From positions 24,180,001 to 24,244,000 of the forward strand of contig OZ024740.1 in the NCBI GenBank assembly GCA_964016885.1: a stretch of 64,000 nucleotides of DNA, given 5' to 3'. The DNA is from Eledone cirrhosa (Eukaryota). The translations under genes were made by a program, and so were the position numbers. Positions 46,543 to 62,757 of this stretch are shown here, piece after piece (within the stretch, counting starts at the first letter, position 1; each line of letters starts with the position of its first letter). The notes below the pieces were generated by a model. It saw nothing but the letters and a program-made list of their open reading frames with translations. It was not told where the DNA came from and did not search any database.

Positions 46543-46809
46543 TCCTTTGTCAGTGTTGAACAAACGAGCAACGATGGTTGCTAGACACTACGGCTTAATA
46601 CGGGATGTTTGTTTACAAACACACCGAGCATTATAATAAATGTTCGGTGAATCCATACGTACATATATATATATGTGTGCATGTATGTATATATATATAT
46701 ACATACTACTGTACGTCTGTATACATATATGTATGTACGTATACATACGTATATATATATATATATCAATGATATTAATAAATGGAAACTATATTTATAA
46801 AACCATATT

Positions 46810-46870
46810 TATTTTATTATATATATTTCAAGGGTACCAACATTTTGGTACGCTCTCATCAGATAAAATA
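46810..46870 (-). ncRNA. Type I hammerhead ribozyme (family H)
   Basis: UAUUUUAU-CUGAUGA-GAGCGUACC(AAAAUGUU)GGUACCCUU-GAAA-UAUAUA-UA-AUAAAAUA with 8-bp stem I. Confidence 0.8.
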
Positions 46871-46978
46871 CAAAATTTGTTTTATAAATGTTGAAATATC
46901 CAAGAAACCAGGCCTTATGAACCTGAACCGATAAGGCCTGGTTTCTTGGATATGTTAACATTTATAAAACAAATTGTG

Positions 46979-47044
46979 TATTTTATCTGATGAGTGCGTA
47001 CCAAAATGTTGGTACCCTTGAAATACTGTATATATAATAAAATA
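46979..47044 (+). ncRNA. Type I hammerhead ribozyme (family H, mirror arm)
   Basis: Same fold, longer loop III (uactgtatata). Confidence 0.75.
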
Positions 47045-47174
47045 AATATGGTTTTATAAAGATAGTTTCCATTTATTAATATCATTGATATTATACTCCA
47101 TAAAACTTGTAGAATGCTTCGAATCCCTTTATAAATTAATTTGTTGAATAACCAACAAATTAAAGGTCTCTTTG

Positions 47175-48382
<1,208 letters not shown>

Positions 48383-48692
48383 TATATATATATATGTACG
48401 TATGTCTGTATTTGTGTTTGTTTATATATAATCTATCATTCCCTTTTTCGTACTTCTTTTTCCTATATATTGCAGTTGTGATAGAAACATACTTTAACCT
48501 TACTGGTTTACACATAAGAATGGAACATCACAATCACGCCTACATCGACACGTACACTGACTATACACATCTATAGAAATACAAATATCTACACTCGCAT
48601 ACGCATGCACATATATGCATATAACTCCTTTTTTTCACTCTCTATATTATAAATACCTCTCTCTCTCACTCTCTCTCTCCCACTCTCTCTCT

Positions 48693-48738
<46 letters not shown>

Positions 48739-48739
48739 A

Positions 48740-48802
48740 CTGAAGATCCGCATAGGGGGAAACAATTGTTCTCGGTATGGTGAACTAACTGTTGTGGTAC
48801 TA

Positions 48803-48806
<4 letters not shown>
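48740..48806 (+). mobile_element. Family B fragment (HHR core to tail-less end)
   Basis: ctgaagatccgcatagggggaaacaattgttctcggtatggtgaactaactgttgtggtactactt+(TA)n. Confidence 0.7.
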
Positions 48807-48840
<34 letters not shown>

Positions 48841-49339
48841 TATATATGAATTATATGAATCAAAGAACTGTTCAAAACATTTTTATGCTTACAACTGTTT
48901 CCTCCAAACCGAGGTTTGGATCCTTCGGGGCAATTTATTATTGAATGAACACCTATATGACCTCCTTTTCACCCAAGAGACATACAGATACATATGCAAA
49001 TATTGTGGGTCAACATTCATTACAGCATTTAGAGTGGCAGTACACACTTAGAGATTACATTCATATTAAAAGATACAATCAAAAATACAGGTTAAAATAC
49101 AACATGAAATTAAGCGGTTATATAGTGCAAAGGTTATATGTGTGGCAAGCACGTGCGTCTTGTTTATATAGTATGGCAGAGAGTTACGTGTAGTAGAAAC
49201 ACTTAAGCAGGTAATCGAGAGTAGTTAATCGAGAGTAGGTAGTAATATATTACTGCCTACCACTATTTAGGGTTTGTATAAAAATATATATAACTGCAAA
49301 AGGTTTTTGTATTTACATAACCATAAATAGTATAATTAA

Positions 49340-49380
<41 letters not shown>

Positions 49381-49404
49381 TACATATATACTTACATACA
49401 TACG

Positions 49405-49495
<91 letters not shown>

Positions 49496-50248
49496 GTGTG
49501 CGTGTATGTGTGCTTGTGTGTGCGCGCGCACCTGTTTGTATGTGTGTGCGCGCGCACCTGTTTGTGTGTGTGTGTGTGTGTGTATGCGTGTGTGAGTGTT
49601 GGCTATTCACGTGTGTATGGTCACCTGTTTCAGTATCGATCTCTGCCTATCCATATGTACCAACCTTTACATCGAATGATACATTTTTATGTAACATTTT
49701 CTCACAACATCCAACAACATCTAACAACCACATCTTTTCCTTGTGTCCTTTGAAGTTCGTGCAACAAAGATTGCAATGTCAATAATATCCGCCATGTTAT
49801 CATCGTTCTGTTGACCCGATCTTCGGGTTGACATATATTGTAGAGCGCAGGATCTGAGAATCTATATTTGCTTGATGTAGATTTCAAAATTTACATAGAT
49901 TGATTTATTTTAATGTTTCCCTGATTAGATTCGATTTACTCCTGCATTTGGTTTATGATTTTCTAATGAAGTCAATGTACAGTGAACATTTTCCTAATTT
50001 TATTTTTACATTTGCAGGATTTCTCCGAGAATCCTGATCTTGATGCTCCAACAAAATTTGGTCCACTAAATGTACACGAAAGTCATGTCTAGCTGCCAAA
50101 CATGATAGCTAATGATTCAGACTACCCTTCAAGATTTTCACTACACAATGTATCTATATACCAATCAAAATATGTATTATATTTCTTCATGTCCGAAGAT
50201 AGATACTTTGGAAAATATACATAAAATAATAGATATAGATAGACAAAC

Positions 50249-50285
<37 letters not shown>

Positions 50286-50477
50286 AAGAGAAAGGTACGT
50301 AGATGAATAGATTGGTAGTTATGTATATAGATGGTTGATATTTTTATTGTCCAGATATTGTTATAAAGAGAGATGTTGTGTTACCATTAACCAACTAAAA
50401 TTTTGTTTTTGTTTTTGCTGCAAATAAAGAACCAGAAATAAACTCATTTCTACACATTCAAACAAATGCGCGCGTAA

Positions 50478-50550
<73 letters not shown>

Positions 50551-50964
50551 TATATATATACACACATACACACACACACACAGATACACTCGCATACACG
50601 CACACACACACAGCCACACACACATATACACACATACATTCACACACATACACACACACATACATTCACACATACATAGACACATACACACCCACACACA
50701 CGCACTCCGGCACACACCCACATACACATTCACACAGACATACACACACAATTCAAGTGTTAACGCTGGTATTCTCCGTTGTTGGTACATACATCCATAC
50801 ATATATACATATATACAAACATGTATACATATGTACATAGATACAGACAAACATACATACATACATACATACATACAATCATACATATATACAAACATGC
50901 ATACATACATATATACATACATGTATGTGCTAGACAAATGGACTATTACATACAGGCAGTCATG

Positions 50965-51135
50965 TGGCGGTGGATTGGCAGTTTCGGTAGTGGGTCGGAC
51001 GCCATGATTTGCAGCAAATAGTTACGGCCCTTTATGATCTAAGTTCAAATCCCGCTGAAGTTAACTTTGCCTTTCATCCTTACGGGGTCGATAAAATAAA
51101 GTAGCAGTAATGCACTGGGTAATTGCTGGCCTTCT
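50965..51135 (+). mobile_element. tRNA-derived SINE
   Basis: ggcggtggattggcag...gttcaaatcc (B-box)...gcctttcatccttacggggtcgataaaataaagt. Confidence 0.85.
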
Positions 51136-51164
51136 AAAAACAGTAATTTTTAGGACGGTTTCAA

Positions 51165-52207
51165 ATGTGTCGAAAAAAACCAGTTCAATTATCCCAAAAC
51201 GATATTGAACAGGTTCTGAAGAATTCCATGAAGGATATTGCCTTCATTCAAAAAGGGAAATTTTTTGGGAGCATTTCGGTGTTGTTGAAAGACCAATTGA
51301 CAGCACAAAGATATTCTGTATCGCCTATTGTCTCCCCCCTTTACACCTTTTTCCCCACATATATGGGAAAAAGAACACAAAAAATAAAAATGTTGAACAT
51401 TGCACCAAATGTAAACGTCTGGAGAAATGTAAACGTCTGGTGGATTCTAACTGGCTTCATCGATTCCGACGAAGACACCATCATTTCGGTGGGAAAGTCC
51501 TCCAGAGGCACATTCTGTGGTACAAGCATGGAAGTTCTGGTCCAAATGAAGCCAGAACGGATAGCTAAAATACCCCAACTGTGCCTCCGGATGGAATTTC
51601 ACACATAAACATTTCTGTTGAGCGTAGGCGGCCTTCATGTTACCACTGTTTAAGCAGTGGTCACCTGAAGGCTTACTGTCCTCAGTTAACTACCAAAAAA
51701 AAGAGGCACTACTGCCAACACCCAAAACAACAACACAACCACCACCACCACCACCACCACAACATCAACAACAACACGCAAACACGACCAAAACAAGAAC
51801 AACAAACGAACCTGCAAGCACAGTCCCACCCAGCCCCACTCCACCTAAAACCACTGCAAAAGCACCCACAAACAAAACAACTCCCCAAAACATACCTCTT
51901 CCAAATAACACAGACACCACAACGGACGAGGCCCCCCTCATCATCACCAAGTGACGATGAGGGAGAGCCTCTCCGTTCGAAAAGAAAGAAGAAAAGACAC
52001 CACAAGAACAAAAAACATCAACAAACATCACTACAAACATACAACCACCAACACAAACAACACAAACATTACAAACAAAAACCCCCCGTCCCGAAAACAA
52101 AACCACGACATCACTCCAAACACAAACACCTACAACAAAACGAAAGCTCCCACAAGAATAACAGACAAAATCCGCCGCAACACAACAAGAACATTACACA
52201 TACATAA
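51165..52207 (+). pseudogene. Frameshifted ORF1 (zinc knuckle plus low-complexity basic tail)
   Basis: ORFs 51165-51608 and 51581-52207, CX2CX4HX4C. Confidence 0.75.
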
Positions 52208-52602
52208 ACAGTAAAAACAAAACTTTAATGGAGGTCATCCCAACGACCCTTCGGTGAAAACGGAAGGGAAAACTTTTTCGAACTGTGTAGACAAACCTAA
52301 TTTAAAGATGATTAGGGTCTCTACGGACACCTATAAGTCTTTAAAGGAAAACTTTCCTAAGGACGTGGGTCATCCTTGTGTTAAACCCATTAACCGCGTC
52401 CTTTTAAAAATATTCCTCACCCTCACCCCAGACACACCCACCCAATACACCCCCACCCCACCAAACATCTCCGTCCCCACCCCGCCGGAAACCACCACCC
52501 GCCCAAACAACCCCTCTAACACCCCCATGGAAACCGTGCGGCCTGATCCTCGGGAGACGAAGAGGTGAATGTTTTCTTCTCTTTTAACTTTTCAGAACCA
52601 AC

Positions 52603-55600
52603 ATGACCAATATAAGAGTTGGATGTGTGAATGTACGCGGCCTGGGGATGCCCTGGAAACAGGGCAAACTCTTAAACGACCTCAGGTCGCACAGTATGGA
52701 TGTAGTAGCCATTTGCGAGTCCAGGATCCACAGCGAGCGACAGCTGGCCCCCATCTTCGATGACTTTGAGATCTACGCATCTCTCTGTCGGCCGGGGGGT
52801 GGGGGCGGGGTTGCCGTTTTGCTGCGGAAACACCTCGGCCTCGTAACACAGACGGTACATCTGGACCCGGAGGGTCGACTCGTGGTCCTAGACGTTGACG
52901 GTAGTGAAGGTGGAGCCTTCAGGCTGGTGGTCGCATATTCTCCATCCGGGACACCGCGGTCAGACTTCTTCAAACGTCTAGAGACTTTTCTGGGAACGTC
53001 CCGCTCTTTGCTTTTAGTGGGGGCTGGAATGGATTCCTAGATGCACGTTGGGACTATGTGGGAGAATATCCCTATAAAGGGGGGTGTAACAGCCTCAAAC
53101 AGTTATCGGCCGATTTGACCTGGCCGATAAATATCGACTAGATTTTCCGACTGTGCCACTGTGGTCGTGGACTAATCGCAGCGCAACATCTAGATGGTAC
53201 CTAGATAGGGTTCTAGTTAGAAATAAGGATAGGGACATGTTAAGCTGTCCACAAATGTTCATGGTTGCCTATTCAGATCACAAACTAGTGACCTGCATGG
53301 TCAACCATGATAGAACCCATAGACAAGAACCCGGCTACTGGAAGCTGAACTTGTCGTTACCGACATGCAAAGCCTACAGTAGACGGATTAGCATTTTAGT
53401 TAAACAGCACTTGACAGGGGCCATTGTCAACAACAGATGGTGGTACTCTCTCAAGAGGGCAGTTAGAGTAGACTCGTTAGTTTTTAGTAAAGAATTAGCG
53501 TTAGATAGAAATAGAACCGAGAAAGAACTGGTAGATAAAGTAGAAGAGGCAATTAGAAGTAGAAACGTAGCCAACGTGCTAGCAACGAGAACGGCCTTGG
53601 ACCAGTTCTTCGACGCAAAGGACGAGGGCTGCGTTGTCAGAAGCAAAATACGTGCTCTGGGAAACGAGGGAGCCAAAGCTGTTAGCTGGGCCCGAGTGAC
53701 GGAGGCAAAAAGTGGCAACAAGTCCACGATTCGATCTTTGAAGGACCAAAACGGACGCGTGATACGTGAGCCGAAGCAGATGTGTGCGGCCTTTCTGCGG
53801 CACTTTGCTCAACTGTTCGGGCAGGATGGCGCACCGTGAGGGGCTATGGATTTTGGTCCATACCTCGACGGCCTACCGCGACTGTCGGACAGCGAGGCAA
53901 AGTTCTGCGAAAAGCCGATTTTGGCCGCTGAGATAGGGGACGCGCTGAGCCAATGCGGCAAACGCAAATCTCCAGGTCTCGACGGTCTACCCTACGAATT
54001 TTACATAGCAATGCCGGACTTATTCTCCGGTCTCCTGGAAGCGGTCTACTGCAACTGGCAACAGAACGGGAGTATTCCCAGTTCTGTGACCGGGAGCGTA
54101 ATCACACTAGTCTGGAAGGACGAGAATAAGGGGGATGACATAGGCAACTTCCGGCCCATAACTCTGCTAAACACAGAGATTTTGGCCAAGGTGTTGGCAA
54201 AGAGGCTGGCGCTTGTCGTCGAAAACCGGGTGGGAGAAGCGCAGACATGCGCAATCCCGACCAGGTCCATACACGACAACCGCCCCCTCATGCGATACAT
54301 CATAGAGAGGGCAGGGTGTAAACCCGGCTTCGGTGGGGCCCAGATCAACTTAGATCAGTCTAAGGCTTTCGATAGGGTTGACCATCGTTACCTGGATGCG
54401 GTGCTCGAGGCGGCAGGCTTCGGACCCGTGTTCAGGGGCTGGATTGCTGCAATGCACAACAGCAACATCTGCTCATGGCTCAAGGTGAACGGCTAGCTTT
54501 CGGAGCCGTTCCATATCACGCGATCCATTCTAGAGGGATGCCCTCTCACCTCCCTTCTGTACGTACTGACTCTCGAGCCAGTACTATGGAAGTTGGACCT
54601 ATTGCAGGGCATCCCTCTGGAACCGGGACTGCGGAAAGCGGCGTCGGCCTACGCCGACGACATGACAGTATTGTTGTCGAGCGCCACACAAATCGAGGAA
54701 GTCGGCACCTTACTGAAGGAATACGAAAGGTTCACAGGAGCGAAGCTGAACTGGGACAAGTCCATGGGTTTGTAACTCGGATCGTGGAGAGGCAAACCGA
54801 TGCCTTCCGATGGCGTCGTCTGACGCTGGACGGAAGGGCCGGTAAAGCTGCTCGGTTTCTGGTTTGGTCCGGACCTCCAGGTGGAGAAGTACTGGAACGA
54901 GATGACGGCCAAGGTGTTTGCACTCACCCACAAGTGGGCCGAGTGCAAACTATCCTTGAAAGGTCGAGCTGAGGTGGCGAACACTTTTATAGCGTCCGCC
55001 ATCTATTACCGCTTGACCGTCGTGCCTTGTCCAGCCAAAACGCTTACCAAAATAGAGCGCGCGTTCTTCCAATTCCTTTGGAAGAGGCGGGCTCCTTTGG
55101 TGAGAAGATCAATCTGCTGTCAACAACCATCCAACGGAGGGCTGGGGGTGCCGTGGCTGACGATGCGCAAACACGCGCTCAGGCTGCGACATCTCTACGT
55201 ATTCCTCACCGGACAACCGATGTGGGCCCCGTTCGTGAGACGAGCCTTCCCACGCCTCGTCTCGCTGACCGAGCTGCAGTTCTGGGTCAAGCAAAGACCG
55301 AGGAAAATGAGCGACTGGCACATCGAATGTGCTCAGGCGCTCACACCCCTCTGACAGGCGGACCCGGCGATCAGTGGAGACTTCACTTCGTCATTCTATA
55401 GAGGGTTGATCCGCAGCAAGTGAGACGACGTGCTCGATGAAACTCTGGGCCTAGAGGAAGACGAACTGGCCAGTCTGTTCGGTAGGACCTTCCGCCCGGG
55501 ACCGATGGACAACTTCCAAATGTCCCTGGCCTGGCAGTGCTACCGAGGAGCTCTACTAGTTCGTGACAAGCTCTACAGACATGGGCGCCCGGGCAGGGAC

Positions 55601-56032
55601 CCTGCAAAAAAGATCTGTCCGAGGTGGGTGCGAGACGAAGAAACCGTCACGCACGCATTCATACACTGCCCGGGCGTCACTGACCTGTGGGGCTATGTAG
55701 AACGACTATTGTCGCGGGTGGGACCAATCCGGTTGACCACCGAGTCCATTGACATAATCAAACCGCCACCCTCCTTCAAAAACGAAGGAGAGGCGGTTTT
55801 CCTTTGTGTGATAGCTATGGCGAAAGAGGTTGTATGGTGGACAATGTTGAAAGGGCTGAGGTCAGACACCTTTCTCTCCGTCCAACAACTGATCCTTTTT
55901 TTCAAATACCACTTTGGAAGAAGAATCAGGATGGAGAGAGAGGTGCTGTACCCCAGCAAGTTTTATGAAAGGTGGGTGAAAGTGGCGAGAATGGCCCGAG
56001 TGAATGGGCCTTCTCTCTATATCAGCCTGTAG
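52603..56032 (+). pseudogene. ORF2 AP-endonuclease/reverse transcriptase with several stops and frameshifts
   Basis: Fragments 52603-53040, 53153-53839, 53846-54496, 54593-54775, 54881-55354, 55430-56032 are collinear. Confidence 0.93.
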
Positions 56033-56582
56033 GTTGAGGAAAAAGAGGAGGAGAGGAAAGGAGTACAAAATCTTCGTACTCCTGGAGATGAGGGTTGCAC
56101 ATTTTTATTCGGGGGTATGTGTTACCCATATGAACTGTCTCCCCCTATTGGGGAAAATCGACTAATTTTTAAATTGCATTTGTGATAATATTTTACAAGT
56201 TTTTATTGTATGTAAACTTCCCCCTTTGTATTTGTCCCTTTCTTTTGTGCCCCTGTGGCTAATAAAGAAACATATCTATCTATCTACCTATCTATGTATA
56301 TATCCAGCTAGCGTACCTACATACATACATATATACATAGAGGCATACATACATATACATACATACAAACATCCATACCTATATACATCCATATATACAT
56401 ACATACAAACATGTATACATATGTACATAGATACAGACAAACATACATACATACATACATACATACATACATACATACATACATACACACACACAATTAT
56501 ACATATATACAAATATGCATATATACATACATGTACGTGGCTTTCTGTTTTTAGATCTCTGTGTTTGTCTTGTATATATATA

Positions 56583-56613
<31 letters not shown>

Positions 56614-56784
56614 CACACAAAAAAAAATATATATATATTATATGTATATATATATAAATCATTGTGTATATAGTCTGTCACATTTTGTATACTTAGAAAG
56701 TTGAAGCTCATTATAGATGCAAATTCTACGACTCACGCACGCACACACGCACACGCACACGCACACGCACACGCACACACACAC

Positions 56785-56820
<36 letters not shown>

Positions 56821-57254
56821 ACATATATATATATATTCCATTCGTCGCAACACTGATTCCTCTTTTCTGTAATATATATAAATATATACATTAATCTATA
56901 ATACACTTACTACTACTACATTATATTGATTAGATTCTTTCAAACATAATTCAAATCCACGAACACTCCGATGTACAAGAAGAAGATATTCTTTAAAATC
57001 CAGACCAGAGGCTAAGACCGGATTACAGATTAAATTTGGAATCTCTGTGAACGGATCAGAATCGTTGGTTTGCTCCACATTCTACAAGCGTGATAGATGA
57101 TAAGTTATATACACTCTACAAACTAGGGAAAGGTTCTCTAAGAGCATTAGCGGAAATATTTACTTATCCAATCTCAGTTTGATGTGCGTTTGTTTGTACA
57201 ATATCAATATATACATATACATTATTTGTAAGTACATATCAGGATGAAATATTA

Positions 57255-57330
<76 letters not shown>

Positions 57331-57428
57331 ATTTATATATATATATATGTGTGTGTGTGATTGTGTGTGTGTGTGTGTGTATCTATGTATTTCTATCCCA
57401 TATTGCTCATAACCCTTGTTTTCTCTAT

Positions 57429-57508
<80 letters not shown>

Positions 57509-57525
57509 GCTCTCTCTCTCTTTCA

Positions 57526-57556
<31 letters not shown>

Positions 57557-58302
57557 CAAGCACTACACACCCGTCATACCCCCCCCCCCCCCGACACACA
57601 GACGCCTATATATATATATACATATTATGTATATAAATCTGGTTGTCTTCTAAATAAGGCGAGTGTGAATGAATTTTAACTGTGACTATTCTCACAATTT
57701 AATAAGCGTTCTGAGGATAAAACCCTATAAAAGGGGTGAACATCTAACGCTTGAACCGATGGAGATGGTGTAAATATTTAAACAATGCAATAGGAACAGA
57801 CCATATCTATAAATAAGCTTGGTTTGAACAGCAGGCATATTTTTTTGATCTTGTAGGACAACATCGGTCATTCAATTTTGTTAGACTAGTATATATTCAA
57901 GAAAAGGTGGAAATGAATGCAGCGCTGATATTGTCTAAAAACGAACGCTACAGTCGAACATGACAGAATGGACAGGTTTTTAGTGAGTTTATAGCCTGAC
58001 TTTCTGAAAATGATTTGTGAAATCTACTCAAATGAGATTTCTTTGGCATTTTCATGAGGTTAGCTCAACAAAAACTGAATATACTGTTTGCAGTGCTAAT
58101 TGCATTAATTGTGAACACAATATTTCATGAACTCTTTCAGTCGTGTACTCAACGTGTAAAAGGCGCACTGGTTCGTAGATATGTGGAATGTTGAAGCCCG
58201 ATCGTCAGAATTTTGTAAAATGTTACATAATCCGACCTATGAATTACAGGTACAAACCAGAGAAATAGAAACAGAGGGAGAGAGAGAGGGGGAGAGACAG
58301 TG

Positions 58303-58856
<554 letters not shown>

Positions 58857-58861
<5 letters not shown>

Positions 58862-59484
58862 TACTTGGGGAGGGTCATATTTGTGTAATATTGCCAGAAC
58901 ACACTCACTGTTTGGTTGGTTTTCGCTTCTCGCTGTCTTTTATATCTGCGATCTAACTTAATCGGTCCTAATGTTGCCATTGACTGACCGACGGTCAAAA
59001 ATAATACAGATACAATATAGACACAAACACATATATATAGTTTACATAATTTACATAAATCTTTCGTTGCACATCTGCAACATCGTCAGTGGTGTTATAT
59101 TTTTTCCTCCTGTTGTATTGTATGTCTACGCCATTTTTTATTCAGTCTGTCTATATATTTATTTATAAATTTGCTTGTTTGTTTATTTTATTTTGTCTTC
59201 TCTGAGCATGCGTTTGCGTGTGTGTATAGTGTTGCGTTTGCTGTGTGACTAGTGTGTATAGTGTTGTGTCTGCTGGGTGACTAGTGTGTGTTTATGTGCT
59301 TGTTGTTATTGTGCTTGTGTATGTATTTATTTATCTTATTTTATTTTATTTTATTTACTTATTTATACTTCTCTTAGGTCAGTGTTGTTTGTTTGGGTGT
59401 TGTTGTTGTTCCACTCATTCTTTCTGTTTAGCTTTGGTCTTCTAATTTGTTTCGACACACGATTTCATATAAAAAACCTCGCTA

Positions 59485-59487
<3 letters not shown>
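58857..59487 (+). mobile_element. Family D-related element between (TA)n tracts
   Basis: Starts gttatacttgggagggtcat and ends tttcgacacacgatttcatataaaaaacctcgctaaac, both similar to 44232-44439. Confidence 0.5.
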
Positions 59488-59553
<66 letters not shown>

Positions 59554-59575
59554 CTTATATATATATATATATATA

Positions 59576-59712
59576 GTGGTGGAACACTGGAAGGTAATAT
59601 CCGTAGTGGTAGAGCACTCAGTCCAAGGGACGAGTTAGGTAGAAGTGGTTACACAACAGTTAGTTCACCATACCGAGAACAATTGTTTTACCTTCGCGGA
59701 TCCTCAGCTCGG
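59576..59712 (-). mobile_element. Family B 3' end with HHR-like motif 59673-59712 (GAAA mutated to AAAA)
   Basis: Reverse complement of 22707-22845. Confidence 0.72.
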
Positions 59713-59946
59713 GATGTGTATGGTTCTAGGAACAGGAAGGACAACCGTACGAACGCGCATGCGCGGAAACTCGGTCACTTCACACAGGCAATACTAGACT
59801 GCGTGCGAGAGGTGTAAGGGAGATAACTGCGAAAGTCCGGAAAGTTATTTGGTTGAAAATAAAATAAAAAAATTAAAAATAAAATTACAAAGAATCAGTC
59901 CGGAGCCTTGTAGTTATGCAATAGATGTTTGGTGACGTGTGGACAG

Positions 59947-60012
59947 GAGGGGTAGTTAGCCTTGATAAGCTTCAACAAAAGCGAAACAAGGCCTTGTCGG
60001 CTTATCTCCCCT
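59947..60012 (+). ncRNA. Type I hammerhead ribozyme with U3:A8 core and complete stem III (family F)
   Basis: AGCC-UUGAUAA-GCUU(CAACAA)AAGC-GAA-ACAA(GGCC)UUGU-C-GGCU, stem I extendable GGGG.../...CCCC, GUC site. Confidence 0.82.
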
Positions 60013-60120
60013 GTTTGCTGAGATTAAAGTAAGTGAATTTGTCACTACTCTAAAACAATAGCATACGGTCTTCAAAATGCTTTTAATTAAGCATAAAGTG
60101 TATTGCAAAATACATTATAT

Positions 60121-61506
<1,386 letters not shown>

Positions 61507-61546
61507 TATATATATGTATATATATATATATGTGTGTATATATATA

Positions 61547-61590
<44 letters not shown>

Positions 61591-61595
61591 TGTAT

Positions 61596-61775
61596 GTATA
61601 GTATATTTCATAATATACTGTGTGTTTATTTAAAATCATTTTGAAGACCATTCGCTATGAGTTTTAAAGTAGTGACTATGTCACTTACTTTGTCTCGGCG
61701 AAAACAAAGGGAAGCAACCGACAGCTTTTTCCGGTTTCTTACCGGTTATCAAGATTGCTTATCCCTCCGATTAAT
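61596..61775 (-). mobile_element. Family F relative with U3:A8 HHR at 61713-61759; degenerate third copy at ~61950-62027 (+)
   Basis: AGCAAUC-UUGAUAA-C CGGU(AAGAA)ACCG-GAAA-AAGCUG-UC-GGUUGCU. Downstream aaagtaagtga..gtcactact..ggtcttcaaaatg shared with 60025-60085. Confidence 0.7.
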
Positions 61776-62039
61776 AAACATACAGTATATTATCAATTAT
61801 ACTATACATACATTCATACATACATCGCTATTTCAGAGCACTGACACTAATTTCTAATTTTTGCTGGACCGGCAACTGCTCTGCTTAATCAGCTCTTAAA
61901 CAACACTGGAATTCTATAAGAATCGAACTTCTAAAAGTCTCGGCAGAAGCAGAGGGATAAGCAATCGTAAAAACAGTTAACAGACGAGAAACAGCTGTCG
62001 GTTGCTTCCCTTTCTTTTTGCCGAGTCAGAGCACTGATA

Positions 62040-62143
<104 letters not shown>

Positions 62144-62498
62144 CATATATATATACATATATATATATACGGGGTAACAAATAATAGTTATATCCAGTCC
62201 CCTTAGGTGTAGTCCAGTTATGGTATTCCGGGTAGTGGATGATATCAACGCTAGGCTTGGTTTGACTCAACAAGGCGTATTCATAGTGATGTTGCGAGTA
62301 TACTGTAATTCCTATGTTGTAAACACATTCTCGCATGCTCCGAAGAACTGACTGGTTATAATTTCGTATTGGCGATCGAGTAACGTGAAAACAAGCGAAT
62401 AGCGATCTCTAGACCTACCAGTTCAGAGAAACAATTGTCAGCAATGGGATTAAAAACATTTTTTGTATTGCAAACCATGTCAATCTTCTTACCTGATT

Positions 62499-62551
<53 letters not shown>

Positions 62552-62555
<4 letters not shown>

Positions 62556-62682
62556 CTTCATTCCTCTACACGTCTTATACACGCCACGCATCTCAACGTA
62601 CACCCACTTACATCTCTCTCTCCACCACTGGATCTTGTTACCCGGAGATTTGCATTGTTGAAGCTTCCAAACGACTTAAATA

Positions 62683-62688
<6 letters not shown>
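62552..62688 (-). repeat. Direct duplicate of 63509-63652 (upstream part of PLE remnant)
   Basis: cctctacacgtcttatacacgccacgcatctcaacgtacacccacttacatctctctc...ggatcttgttacccggagattt in both. Confidence 0.88.

Positions 62689-62757
<69 letters not shown>

Larger units (their letters stand above)
45487..46760. mobile_element. Family E tandem ~434-nt HHR-bearing units (retrozyme-like) with an inversion at ~46130
   Basis: ctatcgtcagcaacg at 45527 and 45961. 46143-46760 is the reverse complement of the unit array. Confidence 0.75.
46763..47177 (+). mobile_element. Family H fold-back insertion (arms 46763-46918/46931-47091 plus ~86 nt tail) in (TA)n
   Basis: Inverted repeat read directly, one HHR per arm. 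Confidence 0.78.
51145..56272 (+). mobile_element. Near full-length decayed Tx1/L1-clade LINE (ORF1 gag-like, ORF2 APE-RT-Zn finger)
   Basis: ORF1 CCHC knuckle CYHCLSSGHLKAYCP. ORF2 VNVRGL, SDH, KSPGLDGLPYEFY, FRPITLLN, LDQSKAFDRVDH, AYADD, GGLG, CP..ETVTHAFIHC. AATAAA at 56261. Confidence 0.93.

Noticed and set aside
50965-51135. B-box-containing segments as tRNA genes
   Set aside because: No cloverleaf; multiple decayed copies with shared body and tail indicate SINEs
57704-57752. AAGCGTT-CTGAGGA...AACGCTT hammerhead-like hairpin
   Set aside because: Good stem I but extra bases before stem II and no GAAA...UH arrangement; single copy
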